A stretch of 64,000 bases of DNA from Octopus sinensis. Taxonomy: Eukaryota. Positions 46,934 through 62,382 of the stretch are shown here, one piece after another; the stretch's first letter is position 1, and each line of letters opens with the position of its first letter. The translations under genes were made by a program, and so were the position numbers. The stretch covers positions 8,060,001 through 8,124,000 of the forward strand of contig NC_043023.1 of the NCBI RefSeq assembly GCF_006345805.1, given 5' to 3'. The notes beneath the pieces are model-generated. The model saw only the letters and a list, made by a program, of their open reading frames with translations. It was not told where the DNA came from and did not search any database.

Positions 46934-47047
46934 CCCTCCTCTTTTGCTCTGCTTCTCACTTCAGCTATACCTCCTCTTCTTCTTGTCGCCCTTTTCAAGC
47001 CTAGCCAGGCTCATGGAACCGGTTTCCTGGTTTCTGTGACGTATGTG

Positions 47048-47525
47048 GGATCTTTTCCTTTTGAACGGCATTTCAGCAATTTTAACCAATCGATTACCTC
47101 CATTCAACTAAAATCATTTGCTGTGACTAAAAGTGAGACAACATCCTGTCACTAACCTTAAACCTCCCCCCTATCCCTAACCCTAAATTTTTTCTCTTAC
47201 TTGTTAAATTAATTTAATTCCATTGCTTTAGTTTTTTTTACACTCGTAACAATTAAGAAAAAAAAAATTTAGGGTTAGGGGGGAGGTTTAGGGTGAGTTA
47301 CAGGATGTTGTCTCAGTTTTAGATGCAGCAAATGATTTTAGCTCAAAAGAGAGCATAGGATTGGTTAAAATTCGAAAAATTAAACTACGTTAAACCAACA
47401 AATTACAATTTTGTCGAGAACGCCAAGAGAAAAAAATGTATTATTTTGACACATTCTACCAATATACGAAGTTTTAAAGTGTTTAGTTAACTGTAAATTG
47501 TCTGCCGTTCAAAAGGAAAAGATCC
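47048..47525. mobile_element. Foldback MITE
   Basis: GGATCTTTTCCTTTTGAACGGCA TIRs; internal ccctaaccctaa / ttagggttaggg arms. Confidence 0.82.
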
Positions 47526-48404
47526 AATTTACGTGCTGGAAAAGGAGTAGACATTATTAAAATAATCTGGTGTAAATTTGGAAAAACTGGAAGGTAATTT
47601 ATTGAGAGGATGGGAAAAAGAAAATCACTGGAGCGGAACCAACAAGTCAGCAGAGCCACCTATTGGAGAATTGAAGAAATACAATCATACGAAGGGAAGT
47701 AACTTCTACAACACAGTGAACCTCTCGGTGTTACAGTAATTATTTTTCGAAGCGGGAACCTGACAATAATTAGGAAAATATATTTCTTCGTCTTAATTAA
47801 TAACTTTGAAACTGAAATGTTGATTTGATGCTTATAAAATACTATGACCGACTGATACATGTGATAGAACTGAAATTAATTGGTAAAGTGAGAATAAAAC
47901 AGCGTAATTAATTAGTAAAATGTGAGGAGTCCGATTGAAGAATTCCACATTAATATATGTTATCCTGTTGTTTATGAGGCATTGATAAAACGGTAAGTTG
48001 ATAAAGATTTACTCTAATGTTATATTAATAATAGTAATGATGATGATGATTTCAAAACTGGCCTAGGGCCAGCAATCTTTATTACGAGCGATAAGTCGAT
48101 TGTATGGGTCCCGGTTTTTTCCCGAAAGAGATGAAAGACAAAGTCGATCTCATCCGTATTTGAACTCAGGACTTTCCGCCGAGGTTGGCTTTGAATTTCA
48201 TTCCATTCCGTGTGAAGAAAATAATAATGATAATAGTAATCTTTTGATAATTAAAACAATAACCTTTTGTGCTTTTGACCTGAAAATTGGCGGGAAGGCA
48301 TAAGTGAATTACATGGACCCTAGTACTTGATTGCTTCTTATTTTTTCTACCTGGAAATGATGAAAGGGGACCTTGATGTGATTTGAACTTTAAGAGTAAT
48401 GATG

Positions 48405-49118
48405 CGATCTTTTCACTTTGACCGGCAGATTTTAAAAATAATTTCTATGTAACTAAAACATTTTAAACTTCGTATACTAGCAGAATGTGCTTAAAAAACA
48501 TGTTTTTCTTTTAGCTTTCTTGAGAAAATTCTGCATTTTGTAACATATTTGTTTAATTTTTTGCATTTCGGCAATTTCAACCAATTAATGACGTCTATTG
48601 AGGTGAAACGATTTCTGGCGGCGTTATATGAAAATGTCCCTGTTACATATATATTCGTTTAAGAAACAGATTGGGTTTATTTACATTTCTGAAGAAAAAA
48701 AAGATACCCTTCCCCCAACCCTAAAACAGATTGAAATGCAATAGATCGATACTAGGATCATAATTATGGGTGGACACTAAATAGGGAACGGTTTTGTTAT
48801 CCAGCTCTGTTTACGATTGACCCCTCAGTTTATGGCCACGGGGTATCTTTTTTCTCATAAAAAACAGGGACATTTTCATATGACGCCGCCAGTATATGTT
48901 ACAGCAGAAATCGTTTTCACCTCAATAGACGTCTTTGATTGGTTGAAATAGCCGAAATGCAGGAAATTAAACAAATATGTTACAAACTACAGAATTTTCT
49001 CAAGAAAGCCAAGAGAAAAAGATGTTTTATATACACATTCTACCAGTATACGAAGTTTAAAATTTTTTAGTTACATAGAAATTATTTTAAAAATCTGCCG
49101 GTCAAAGCGAAAAGATCC
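48405..49118. mobile_element. Foldback MITE with TAATGATG TSD (unit 3 copy)
   Basis: Paralogue of 33405-34111. Confidence 0.88.
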
Positions 49119-49812
49119 TAATGATGTGTAGGGCACTGACCATGGGCTCATGGTAGACAACATGAAGACAGGGACCTTCACTGCTGGCTAGCTAACGAGC
49201 TGGTTCAGAAAAGGGAATTCCGGTCGGGCAACATGAAATCTTAAATCAAACATTTTTCTGAAAGGTAAAAGTGAAGTGTGTAGTAAACTTGTGTGGGTAT
49301 ACCAATGTTTCAATGCCTCAATGAACTCTGACCCCTGTAAACATTGACATTAAATGGCTGACAGTGTTCATGTAATATTTACAATGTTGAATTACTATGT
49401 CACTTAACTATCCTCTTTATCTTACTGTTTCTTTTTCTATTTCAGAATATCACATCATGATGACATGAAAGAAATTACTTCGTTCAGATGTGCCTTTGAT
49501 ATTTTTATCAACTAAAGGAAGATGATATATTTATAAGGAGCATTTATCTATACATCAACGTTCCTATATAAATATAATCTATGACAAACAACAGCAAAAT
49601 ATTTTTCTTGTCTGGAATGTAGAGGAGGTGATTGCTTTACAAGTTTGAATAACTTTACAAACGAGTTGACAGTTTTCACCTGTTGATTTAGGTATTAAGT
49701 AAGATCACAGAAGAAAGAAAGATTAATATTAAATTATTCTCTAAAAAAATGTGATGCAAATGGACACAAACATATTCATAGAAAAGAAAAAAACAATATT
49801 ATTGTGATATAT

Positions 49813-51213
49813 ATGACAAATTATCCTGTCATAATGAATAATTTAACTGAACCTAAAAACCCTGATACAAGAGAGAAACCATATTTCTGTGATGTGTGTG
49901 GAAAATCATTCTCTCAAAGAACTTACTTGACTATTCACAAGCGTATTCATACAGGAGAGAAGCCATATCATTGTGATATCTGTGGTGAATCATTTTCTCT
50001 AAATGACACTTTAACTAAACACAAACGTATTCATACAGGAGAAAAGCCATATCATTGTGATATCTGTGGTAAAACATTCTCTCAAAGTTATCACTTAACT
50101 AATCGCCAGCGCGTTCACACAGGAGAGAAACCATATCATTGTGATATCTGCGGTGAATCATTTTCTCTAAATAGCACTTTAACTCGACATAAATGTATTC
50201 ATACAGGAGAAAAGCCATATCATTGTGATATCTGTGGTAAAACATTCTCTCAAAGTTATCACTTAACTAATCACCAGCGCGTTCACACGGGAGAGAAACC
50301 ATATCATTGTGATATCTGTGGTAAAACATTCTCTCAAAGTTATCACTTGACTAATCACCAGCGCGTTCACACGGGAGAGAAACCATATCATTGTGATATC
50401 TGTGGTAAATCATTTTCTTGTAATAGTCACTTGACTGTCCAAAAACGCATTCATACTTGTGAAAAATCATATCATTGTGATATCTGTGGTAAATCATTCT
50501 TTCGAAGAGGTGACTTGACTGTACATAAACGTCTTCATACAGGGGAAAAGCCATATCATTGTGATATCTGTGGTAAAACATTCTCTCAAAGTGATCACTT
50601 GACTAAACACCAGCGCGTTCACACGGGAGAGAAACCATATCATTGTGATATCTGTGGTAAATCATTCTCTCAAAGTGATCACTTCACTAAACACCAGCGC
50701 GTTCACACGGGAGAGAAACCATATCATTGTGATATCTGTGGTATATCATTTTCTTGTAATAGTCACTTGACTGTCCATAAACGCATTCATACTGGTGAAA
50801 AATCATATCATTGTGATATTTGTGGTAAATCATTCTCTCGTAAATGTCAATTGGTTAATCACAAACGCATTCATACAGGAGAGAAGCCATTTCATTGTAA
50901 GATCTGCTGCAAATCATTCATTGAAAGTGGTAAATTGAATGAGCACAAGCGTGTTCATACAGGAGAGAAGCCGTATCATTGTGATATCTGTGGTAAAACA
51001 TTCTCTCAAAGTAATGCCTTAACTAGACACTGGCGCATTCACACTGGAGAGAAACCATATCATTGTGATATCTGTGGTAAATCATTCTCTCGTAGTGACC
51101 ACTTGTCTGATCATAAACGCATTCATACAGGGGAAAAGCCATATCAGTGTGATATCTGTGGTAAATCATTCTCTGAAAGTGGTGTCCTAACTAAACACCA
51201 GTGCAGGATATAA
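49813..51213 (+). CDS. Type A ZF gene A3, 16 finger units (13 intact), uninterrupted ORF
   Basis: [23 protein letters not shown] leader. Fingers 3 and 7 lack the first His; finger 16 is truncated (HQCRI*). Confidence 0.85.
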   Translation: MTNYPVIMNNLTEPKNPDTREKPYFCDVCGKSFSQRTYLTIHKRIHTGEKPYHCDICGESFSLNDTLTKHKRIHTGEKPYHCDICGKTFSQSYHLTNRQRVHTGEKPYHCDICGESFSLNSTLTRHKCIHTGEKPYHCDICGKTFSQSYHLTNHQRVHTGEKPYHCDICGKTFSQSYHLTNHQRVHTGEKPYHCDICGKSFSCNSHLTVQKRIHTCEKSYHCDICGKSFFRRGDLTVHKRLHTGEKPYHCDICGKTFSQSDHLTKHQRVHTGEKPYHCDICGKSFSQSDHFTKHQRVHTGEKPYHCDICGISFSCNSHLTVHKRIHTGEKSYHCDICGKSFSRKCQLVNHKRIHTGEKPFHCKICCKSFIESGKLNEHKRVHTGEKPYHCDICGKTFSQSNALTRHWRIHTGEKPYHCDICGKSFSRSDHLSDHKRIHTGEKPYQCDICGKSFSESGVLTKHQCRI

Positions 51214-52201
51214 ACCATATTATTGTGATATGTGTGGTAAATCATTCTCATACAATAGTGACTTGACTATTTATAAGCATATTCATACTGGGGAAAAACC
51301 ATATCACTGTGATATCTATGGTCAATCATTCTCTCAAAAACGCCATTTATGTACACATGTGAGTCTTCACACAAAAGTGCAACCATTCAGTATTAATCTT
51401 TATTACAACAATTATGGCTATTTTTTTCTGCTGAAAGACAGGGCTATTTTTATCTCTTCAAATACGATGTTATCGACTTCAATTTCAATAATGTCAGCAT
51501 CAAATTCATGAATGTTATGTATATATATGGAAGTATATCAACAATGTCTTTGATTTCTGAAGATGATTGCTCTGGATTTTTGAGCAATTTGCTTTGAGAG
51601 AATAAAGAAATGGGAATAATAAATAAAAGGTTACACTGAAGTTGGTTTTGTCTATGTGTTTTCATTATTGTCGCTGTTATCATCATCATCCTTTAGTGAA
51701 CATTTTTTTCTTTACTGGCATGGGTGGCACAGTGTGACATGAGCTGGCAAACCATGATGCTGCACTAGGTTCCAGTCTGATTTGTTTGGGTTTCTTTGGG
51801 TGTTTTCTCCTAATAGAGTTTATGCTTTGTGCTTCAAATATATGTGTGCGTATGCACACACATATACATGTGTGTATGTGTATATATATATATATGTAAA
51901 TATATCATCATCATCATCATCCTATGAAAAAATATATATATTTACAATGATACCGAGGGGAAGGGGTTCCGCCACACTTTTACCAAGCAAAAATAAGGAG
52001 TTTGCTGCACATTGCGAGCTCAGGGTACTTGATTCCATGAAAAAAATCTGACTTTTTTTGTTTGTCTTTATGAAAATCTTGTGGGTGAAAATATCAATAT
52101 TTACCCGAAATTCTTCTGGACTCAAACTTCTCTGAAAAAAATTGGGACAACAAATTCGTATGTAATCGTAATCCAAACCATCTAAAAAGTATTATCATCG
52201 T

Positions 52202-53384
52202 AGGTGTAGGTAAAAACTCTATAAGATGCACCAAGCGTAAGCTAACGACACATAAGAGGTGCAGCAATGTCAAAGGAAGGCTAACTAGGAAGATAGTTTT
52301 TGTATGTGGCAGATGCTCAGGAGCAATAAACACTGAAAATGCTCTGAGACCTACTTCTGCCACATTCCAGGGAGAAAAACTAGAAATAGTTGATAGCTTC
52401 CGTTACCTAGGTGACCAAGTCAGTAGCGGGGGCAGGTGTGTTGAAAGTATAACTGCTAGAGTAAGAATAGCTTGGGCAAAGTTCAGAGAGCTCTTACCTC
52501 TGCTGGTGACAAAAGGCAGACTGTATGACGCGTGTGTACGAACAGCCATGCTACATGGCAGTGAAACGGGCCGTGACTGCTGAGGATATGTGTAAGCTTG
52601 CATGAAATGAAGCCAGTATGCTCCGATGGATGTGTAATGTCAGTGTTCATACTCGACAGAGTGTAAGTACCTTAAGAGAAAAGCTGGACCTAAGAAGCAT
52701 CAGATGTGGTGTGCAAGAGAGATGTTTGTGCTGGTATGGTCATGTGGCGAGAATGGATGAAGATAGTTTTGTGAAAAAGTGCCATACCCTAGCGGTTGAG
52801 GGAACCTGTGTAAGAGGCAGACCCAGGAAAACCTGGGACGAGGTGGTGAAGCACGACCTTCGAAGTTTAGGTCTCACTGAGGAAATGACTAGAGACCGAG
52901 ACCTTTGGAAGTGTGCAGTGCGTGAGAAGACCCGGCAGGACAAGTGAGACCATAACCCAGGATGAGCCAGTCCACTTATACATACCTTTTCTTCTGGGGA
53001 CACAAAACTCTACTTGTGAAGACCTGTTGAGGCAAGTGAGAATCAAAATCGATCAACATCAATGGAAATTGCAGCTGTGATACCAGTGCCGGTGGCACGT
53101 AAGACATCCATCCGAACGTGGCAGTTGCGAGCACCGCCCCGACTGGCCTCGTGTCGGTGGCACGTAAAAAGCACCATCCGATCGTGGCCGTTTGCCAGCC
53201 TCATCTGGCACGTAAAAAGCACCCACTGCACTCACGGAGTTGTTGGCATTAGGAAGGGCATTCAGCCATAGAAACATTGCCAGATCAGACTGGGCCTGGT
53301 GCAGTCTTCTGGCTTCCCAGGCCCCAGTTGATCCATCCAACCCATGCTAGCATGGAAAGTGGACTCTAAACGATGATGATGATG
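52202..53384 (+). mobile_element. 5'-truncated RTE-like LINE, specific to unit 3
   Basis: NSIRCTKRKL.THKRC...CGRC...FRYLGD...AWAKFRELLPLL...HGSET...WYGHVARM...GRPRKTW; (GAT)n tail; absent at the paralogous sites 24690, 27350 and 37100. Confidence 0.9.
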
Positions 53385-53920
53385 AATCTACCAAATCATC
53401 ATCATCATTTAACGTCCGCTTTCCATGCTAGCATGGGTTGGACGATTTGACTGAGGTCTGGCAAACCAGACTCAAATCTGATCTGGCAGGGTTTTTACAG
53501 CTGGGTGCCCTTCCTAACGCCAACCAGCTGTAGAAACTCTGCCAGATCAGATTGGAGTCTGGTTCGCCAGGCCTCAGTCAAATATACATATATATATATG
53601 TACAAATGATAAGAAGACAAAGAAAATTGTTTAACACATCGTGGCTGGGCAGTAAAAACAGTTCCTCTCGTACTAAAATTCCTGTGATGGGTGAAAAGTT
53701 ATTTGACCAGCAACTTCGGAAAATGGGAGAAACTATTAAATAGATAACTTGACACTTGCTCAGGAATTAAACAATGAAGATATTTATGTTTGTGGTGGCG
53801 AAGTTGTGTGATCTGCAGTAGAGTAGACTAAATTGCCTCCCACCAAGCAGATCAACTTCGTAGCCTTAGAGTAAATAGGCAAGGGAAGAGAGATGCAAAA
53901 ACAAACAAAAAAAATGAGAA

Positions 53921-54312
53921 TTATATATATATATAAAGCTGAAGTTGTCTGTGTATGGCAGGTTTGGTAGCCTTCAACTAACCCCATCTCTGAGACCCTG
54001 TGGCACAAGTTGACCAAAATTGAGAGTATGATAGAAGAAGGCTTGCTCTTCCTTCCGTAGAAGAAAAAATTCAAATCGGACCATGTTAACACCAAAAATT
54101 ATTTACATCAAAAAGGTGCTTTTTCTCTGAAAATCCCTATTTTTTACGATTTTTTTTACTGCTGTGTCATTTTTCGGTGTATTTCAACCAGAAAAATGTT
54201 CACTTAAAGAGGATAACAAGCTACATAATGAAGAATTTTTACTTTTCAAAAATTCCAATTCTAAAGGGTCGAAAAGAAAACAAGCCCGAGCAACGCTGGG
54301 CTATACTGCTAG
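53921..54312 (+). mobile_element. Helitron-N copy
   Basis: Hairpin followed by CTAG|T. Confidence 0.8.
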
Positions 54313-54465
54313 TATGTATATAAAGGGCAATGTGTAAAGACTACCTTCAGTCATTAATGACCATGGCATTGCATCTAGGAAGTTCACCTCAAAGGCACAA
54401 CTCCAGGCAAGGTTCTTTTCATGGAAGACCAGCTGTTGCCCATGCACACCAGTCTCCCCTCTCAT

Positions 54466-55040
54466 CATCATCATCATTGTTCGACCGTGGTCGAGACAAT
54501 GGAATTTACCATGCTACGCCAGACTTCACGGTCCATCATGGCATTACGGAGGTCCTGTTGCTGGATGCCTGTATCCCTGGAGATTACATCAGGGTAGGAG
54601 AGTGTGCGCCCTCTGGTATTGTGAGTAGATGGCTTCCAGAGGAGAAATTGCCTCGTTTTCAGCTCTACAACAATGTCCAGCAAACTGGACTCCTACCTTT
54701 CACAAGAGATGACACAGGTGGTAGTTTCCTATATATTTGCATTTTGGTTGGATGGCGCCTCTGCGAGAGATTTTGAGCTCTCATAAGGAGGCGAGTGTAG
54801 GTTCCATCCAACTACTTCTCAAGCTTCTTTGATAACATCCTGGTTTCTGAGCCATATAGTAGAATTGGTTCGACTGTGGCTTTGAAGATTTCAAGTTTGA
54901 AGTCTCTACTTAGATTTGATGACCAGATCTTATGCATGTCATTACAGGCTGACCAGGCCATACCCTTTCTAGTTAGAAAGTCTTTCCCAGATGATGATAT
55001 GTATGACCCAAGGTATTTGTAATCAGTCTCCCCTCTACAG
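54466..55040 (-). mobile_element. RTE-clade LINE fragment (unit 3 copy)
   Basis: Paralogue of 38236-38822, with extra indels. Confidence 0.85.
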
Positions 55041-55486
55041 GCCACCAATGTCATCCAAGTGAAGGCCAAAAGCCAATACAGCTTGGCACCTGTGATGTTG
55101 CTCATTTCTAAAGGTGAGTGAAATGGACCACCATGAAATAAAGTGTCTTGCTCAAGAACACAACACAGCCTGGTCCAGGAATCAAAATCACTACATGATT
55201 GTGAACCCAGCATTCTAACCACTGAGCTATGTGCATCTCTCTCTCCCTCTTTCTCTGTGTGTATACATACATACATATATATATGAATGCATATACAGGA
55301 GGCAGTTGACAAAGCCAGCTTCTATATATGGCTGAAATGAGAAGACCCAGAATAGATTTTCCTATTTTTAATTCCAATATTTATAGCTTGTACTTAACAT
55401 TAAGGTTATTAATATAAATTACTTAATGAGTATAAGACTTTATTTAGATGTATATTAAATAAATTAATTAATTAATTATTAATTTC

Positions 55487-55835
55487 GGCGCAGGAGTGGA
55501 TGTGTGGTAAGTAGCTTGTTAACTAACCACATGGTTCCGGGTTCAGGCCCACTGCGTGGCACCTTGGGCAAGTGTCTTCTGCTATAGCCTCGGGCCGACC
55601 AAAGCCTCATGAGTGGATTTGGTAGACGGAAACTGAAAGAAGCCCGTCGTATATGTGTATATATATATATATATGTGCGTGTTTGTGTTTGTTCCCCTAA
55701 CATTGTTTGACAACCGGCAAAAGAGACTGATAGGATAAGTACTAGGCTTACAAAGAATAAGTCCTGGGGTCGATTTGCTTGACTAAAAGGCGGTGCTCCA
55801 GCATGGCCGCAGTCAAATGACTGAAACAAGTAAAA
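55487..55835 (+). mobile_element. SINE family 1
   Basis: Paralogue of 39275. Confidence 0.88.
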
Positions 55836-56299
55836 GAGAAAGAGAAAGGGTTACATTCTCTCTATAGATTAGTATAAGGAAACTAATTTTGAATTCCCAT
55901 ATACAAAGTAAACAATCAGGTGGGGTTGGTTGTATGTAACAGGAAAAAACTAACCAAATAAGGGAGTATGGAATTTTAAATATTGGGGACTAAAATTAAT
56001 ATCAAACCATCCATAATCAATACAGCTTAGATATTAGTATGAAAGAAATCATCATCATCATTTACTGTCCGTTTTCCATGCTAGCATGGGTTGGATGGTT
56101 CGACTGGGCTATGGGAAGCTAGGAGGCTGCACCAGGCTCCAGTCTGATCTGGCAGTGTTGCTACAGCTGGATGCCTTTCCTAACGCCAACCACTCCGTGA
56201 GTGAAGTGGGTGTTTTTTAGTGCTACCGGCACAGGGGCTGCATGAGGCTGGAAACAGCCCCGATTTGTTGATGCTTTAATGTGTCACCGACATGGATGA

Positions 56300-56640
56300 C
56301 GCCGGCATCTTCCATGTTCGGGTGGAAGAAGACTGGAATAGGGTAGCCATTGACATCATGGACTATTGGGAAAATGTATACCCCTCAATGGTCGACTGTG
56401 GTCCAGAGCAGATGGCTATATGGAGAGAGATCAGGGCGGAGAGTGCTGCCAAAATTGCCAGAAGACAATGGAGGTAGTCTTCTGGTACAACATACCGTCC
56501 AGGTTAGGGCAAACCGAAGAGTCTGCCTCGAAAAGAGCCATATTCTAGTGAAAAGGGAGACATCTCAGCATGGTGTCTGTACAGTTCGAAGACGAGGTGT
56601 GGGTGAAGACCCTGAATGCTTGTGTAGGGCACTGGCCATA
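56300..56640 (+). mobile_element. Gypsy integrase remnant (unit 3 copy)
   Basis: Paralogue of 30068-30410. Confidence 0.6.
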
Positions 56641-56717
56641 AATTTATAACAGACGGACTATAGACAGGAACCTCACAGCAGTCTACTTAGTGAGTTGCTC
56701 TGCAGAGAAGGGACTTC

Positions 56718-57052
56718 CGATCTTTTCCGTTTGACCGGCAGTTTTTTCTAGCGGTGTCATATGAAATTGTCACCCATAATTATGACCCTAGTATTGATCT
56801 ATTGCATTTCAATCTCTTTTAGGGTTGGAGGTGGGGGGAAGGGTATCTTTTTCTTCCGAAATGTAAATAAACCCAATCTGTTTCTTAAACGAGGGACATA
56901 TTCATACGGCACAGAATGTTTTCACCTTAGTAGACGTCATTGATTGGTTGAAATTGAAGAAAAAAACAACAAATATCTTACAAACTATAGAATTTTCTCA
57001 ATAAAGCCAAGAGAAAAAGATGTTTTATAAACACATTCTACCAGTATACGAA
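56718..57052. mobile_element. GGATC-TIR MITE truncated by a deletion
   Basis: Joins acgaag to atggagtt via gaag microhomology relative to 40830-40955. Confidence 0.8.
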
Positions 57053-57820
57053 GATGGAGTTATTGACAGAAAGAGACAAAGTTAAAAAAACACCGGAACG
57101 TATCCAACGAGTCAGTAGCGCTCTCTATTGGAGAATTGAGGAAATACAATCATATCAAGGGACACAACTTCTAAAAGACATCAACCACGAGGCCAAAGTA
57201 GCTAATTAGGGAAGTTAATTAGGGAGGTTAATTACCGATCACCGAGTCGCTGTTTATTTCTGAATACGGTAAGTTGACACAGATTTACTTTAAGGCTGTA
57301 ATAGTGTTGATAATACTACTAATAATAAGGTAAATAATAGAATTCTGTGAACCTCTCGATGTTACAGTAATTATTTTTCCAAGCGGGAACCTGTCGATAA
57401 TTAGGAAAATATATTTGTTCGTCTTAATTAATAATTTCCAAACTGAAATGTTGATCTGTTGTTTATAAAATACTATGACCGACTGATACATGTGATATAA
57501 AGTAAATTAGTTGGTAAAAATGAATGTAATGTGGCATAATTAATTAGTAAAATGAGAAGAAACCGAATGAAGAATTCCACATTAATTAATTCTGTCCCGT
57601 TGTTAATTAGGCATTGATAAAACGGTAAGTTAATGAAGATTTGCTTTAAGGTTATATTAATATTCGTAATGGTAGTTTCAAATTTCGGTCCAGGGCCAGC
57701 AATTTTTTTAGGGCGAGTGGGAGTCGATTACACGGGCCCCAGAATTTCCTGTAAGGGATGAACGGCAAAGTCAACCTCGGCTGTATTTGAACCCAAGACT
57801 TTCTGTCAAGATCGACTCTG

Positions 57821-58492
57821 GGATCAATTCGGTTTGAACGGCAGTTTTTAAAAATATTTTCCACGTAACTAAACAGTTTTAAACTTCTTATATTGGTAGA
57901 GTGTGTTTATAAAACATCTTTTTCTCTTGGCTTTCTTGAGAAAATTCTATAGTTTGTGAGATATTTGTTGGTTTTTTTCTTCAATTTCAACCAATCAATG
58001 ACGTCTATTGAGGTGAAAACATTCTGTGCCGTATGAATATGTCCCTCGTTTAAGAAACAGATTGGGTTTATTTACATTTCTGAAGAAAAAAAGATACCCT
58101 TCCACCCACCCTAACCCTAAAACAGATTGAAAAGCAATAGATCGATACTAGGGTCATAATTATGGGTGGACACTACAAAGGGAACGGTTTTGTTATCCAG
58201 CTCTGATTACGAGAGACCCCTCAGTTTATAGCCACAGGGTATCTTTTTTCTCATAAAAATCAGGGAACATTTTCATATGACGCCGCCAGTATATGTTACG
58301 GCAGAAATCGTTTTCACCTCAATAGACTTCTTTGATTGGTTGAAATTGCCGAAATGCAAGAAATCAAACAACAAATATGTTACAAACTACAGAATTTTTT
58401 CAAGAAAGCCATTCTACCAGTATACGAAGTTTAAAATTTTTTAGTTACATAGAAATTATTTTAAAAATCTGCCGGTCAAAGCGAAAGGATCC
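57821..58492. mobile_element. Chimeric foldback MITE upstream of B3
   Basis: Paralogue of 41706-42371. Confidence 0.78.
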
Positions 58493-59184
58493 TAATGATG
58501 TGCAGGGCACTGACCATGGGCTCATCGTAGACAACATGAAGACAGGGACCTTCACTGCTGGATAGCTAGCGAGCTGGTCCAGAAAAGGGAATTTCGGTTG
58601 GCAACATGAAGTCTTACATCAAACATTTTTCTGAAAGGTAAAGGTGAAGTGTGTAGTAAACTTGTGTGGGTATACCAATGTTTCAACACCTCAATGAACT
58701 CTGACCCCTATAAACATTGACATTAAATGGCTGACAGTGTTCATGTAATATTTACAATGTTGAATTACTATGTCACTTAACTATCCTCTTTATCTTACTG
58801 CTTCTTTTTCTATTTCAGAATATCACCTCATGATGACATGAAAGAAATTACTTTGTTCAGATGTGCCTTTGATATTTTTATCAACTAAAGGAAGATGATA
58901 TATTTATAAGGAGCATTCATCTATACATCAACGTTTCTATATAAATATAATCTATGACAAACAACAGCAGAATATTTTTCTTGTCTGGAATGTAGAGGAG
59001 GTGATTGCTTTACAAGTTTGGATAACTTTACAAACGAGTTGACAGTTTTCACCTGTTGATTTAGGTATTAAGTAAGATCACATAAGAAAGAAAGATTTAC
59101 ATTAAATTATTCTTTGAAAAAAGTGATGCAAATGAACACAAACATATTCATAGAAAAGAAAAAAGCAATATTATTGTGATATAT

Positions 59185-60573
59185 ATGACAAATTATCCTG
59201 TCATAATGAATAATTTAACTGAACCTAAAAACCCTGATACAAGAGAGAAACCATATTTCTGTGATGTCTGTGGAAAATCATTCTCTCGAAGAAATCACTT
59301 GATTATTCACAAGTGTATTCATACAGGAGAAATGCCATATCATTGTAATATCTGTGGTGAATCATTTTCTCTAAATAGCACTTTAACTCGACATATTCGT
59401 ATTCATACAGGAGAAAAGCCATATCATTGTGATATCTGTGGTAAATCATTCATTGGAAGTGGTAACTTGACTGTACATAAACGTGTTCACACAGGAGAGA
59501 AACCATATCATTGTGATACCTGTGGTAAATCATTCATTGGAAGTGGTAACTTGACTGTACATAAACGTCTTCATACAGGAGAGAAGCCATATCATTGTAA
59601 TATATGTGGTGAATCATTTTCTCTAAATAGCACTTTAACTCGACATAATCGTGTTCATACAGGAGAAAAGCCATATCATTGTGATATCTGTGGTGAATCA
59701 TTCTCTGAAAATAGCACTTTAACTCAACACAAACGCATTCATACAGGAGAGAAGCCATTTCATTGTGATATCTGTGGTAAATCATTCTCTCAAAGATGTC
59801 ACTTGTCTAATCATAAACGTATTCATACAGGAGAAAAGCCATATCATTGTGATACCTGTGGTAAATCATTCTCTCGTTGTAGCCACTTGTCTGATCATAA
59901 ACGCATTCATACAGGGGAAAAACCATATCATTGTCATATCTGTGGTAAATCATTCTCTGAAAATGGCAGTTTAACTAAACACAAACGCATTCATACAGGA
60001 GAGAAGCCATTTCATTGTAAGATCTGTGGCAAATCATTCATTGAAAGTGGTAACTTGAATAAGCACAAGCGTGTTCATACAGGAGAGAAACCATATCATT
60101 GTGATATCTGTGGTAAATTATTCTCTTGTAGTTGCCACTTGTCTGATCATAAACGCATTCATGCAGGTGAGAAACCTCATCATTGTGATATCTGTGGTAA
60201 ATCATTCTCTAAAAATGGCAGTTTAACTAAACACAAACGCATTCATACAGGAGAGAAGCCATTTCATTGTAAGATCTGTGGCAAATCATTCATTGAAAGT
60301 GGTAACTTGAATAAGCACAAGCGTGTTCATACAGGAGAGAAACCATATCATTGTGATATCTGTGGTAAATCATTTTCTGAAAATAGCCACCTGTCTAAAC
60401 ATAAACGTATTCATACAGGAGAGAGGCCATATCATTGTGATATCTGTGGTAAATTATTCTCTTGTAGTGGCCACTTGTCTGATCATAAACGCATTCATGC
60501 AGGTGAGAAACCTCATCATTGTGATATCTGTGGTAAATCATTATCTGAAAATGGCAGTTTAACTAAACACTAA
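59185..60573 (+). CDS. Type B ZF gene B3, 15 intact fingers, premature TAA in finger 16; three more in-frame finger units run to 60846
   Basis: Open frame to cac TAA cgc at 60571; the downstream frame continues to HTQV*. Confidence 0.8.
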   Translation: MTNYPVIMNNLTEPKNPDTREKPYFCDVCGKSFSRRNHLIIHKCIHTGEMPYHCNICGESFSLNSTLTRHIRIHTGEKPYHCDICGKSFIGSGNLTVHKRVHTGEKPYHCDTCGKSFIGSGNLTVHKRLHTGEKPYHCNICGESFSLNSTLTRHNRVHTGEKPYHCDICGESFSENSTLTQHKRIHTGEKPFHCDICGKSFSQRCHLSNHKRIHTGEKPYHCDTCGKSFSRCSHLSDHKRIHTGEKPYHCHICGKSFSENGSLTKHKRIHTGEKPFHCKICGKSFIESGNLNKHKRVHTGEKPYHCDICGKLFSCSCHLSDHKRIHAGEKPHHCDICGKSFSKNGSLTKHKRIHTGEKPFHCKICGKSFIESGNLNKHKRVHTGEKPYHCDICGKSFSENSHLSKHKRIHTGERPYHCDICGKLFSCSGHLSDHKRIHAGEKPHHCDICGKSLSENGSLTKH

Positions 60574-60843
<270 letters not shown>

Positions 60844-61563
60844 TGACTATATAAGTTTTCAAATTTGTTACAACATACATAAAATTACTTCTAGTTTTTC
60901 TGCAAAGAGACAGGGATTTTTTTTATCTCTTCAAATTTCATCAACGTCAACATCAAATTCAACTAAGACTTTGATTTCTGAAGATGGTCATGCTGGAGTT
61001 TTGAGGAATTTCTTATGAGAGAATAAAGAATTGGGAATAATGAATAAAAACTGAATTAAACTGAAATTGGTTTTGTCTATTAACTTTCATCATTGTCGTC
61101 ATTTTCATCATCATCATCCTTCAGCGATAGCTTTTCTTTATATGCTGTCATGGGTGGGACAGTTTGACATGAGCTGGCAAGCCCTAATGCTGCACTAGGT
61201 TCCAGTCTGATTTGTTTTGGTTGCTTTGGATGTATTCTCCTAATATTAACCAGTTTACATTTTATGCTGTGAGCTTTATATCATCATCATCATCATTTAA
61301 CATCCGCCTTCCAAGCTAGCATGGGTTGGGCGATTTGACTGAGGACTGGTGAACGAAATGGCTGCACCAGGCTCCTTTCTGGTCTGGCAGAGTTTCGACA
61401 GCTTGATGCTCTTCTTAATGCCAACCACTCCAAGAGTGTAGTGGGTCCTTATACATGTCACTGGCATGAGGACCTGTCAGGCTGTACTGGCAACAGCCAT
61501 GCTCAAATGTCGGTTTTTTACGTGCCACCAGCACAGGAACCGGTCCAGCAGCACTGGCAATGA

Positions 61564-61812
<249 letters not shown>

Positions 61813-61969
61813 TAAAATTGAATACGGGTAGAAATTGATATTAATCAATTAAAACCAGTGGCCTAGCATATTAAAAGAATCCGAAGATTAAAATATTCTT
61901 TACATACAAAATTGAAAGGACTGACCACTAAAAGTTAGTGGTCAGTCATTTAAGTTTTGTAGGTAAAAA

Positions 61970-62340
61970 GGAGTGGCTGTGTGGTAAGTAGCTTGCTAAC
62001 CAACCACATGGTTCTGGATTCAGTCCCAATGCGTGGCATCTTGGGCAAGTGTCTTCTCTATAGCCCCGGGCCGACCAATGCCTTGTGAGTGGATTTGGTT
62101 GACGGAAACTGAAAGAAGCCTGTCGTATATATATATGTGTGTGTTTGTGTTTGTCCCCCTAGCATTGCTTGACAACTGATGCTGGTGTGCTTACTTCCCC
62201 GTCACTTAGCGGTTCGGCAAAAGAGACCGATGGAACAAGTACTGGGCTTACAAAGAATCAGTCCCGGGGTCGATTTGCTCGACTAAAGGCAGTGCTCCAG
62301 CATGGCCGCAGTCAAATGACTGTAACAAGTAAAGAGAGAG
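61970..62340 (+). mobile_element. SINE family 1
   Basis: Near-complete copy. Confidence 0.88.
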
Positions 62341-62382
62341 AGAGTATATATATATATATATATGGAAGGGCATCAAGCTGTA

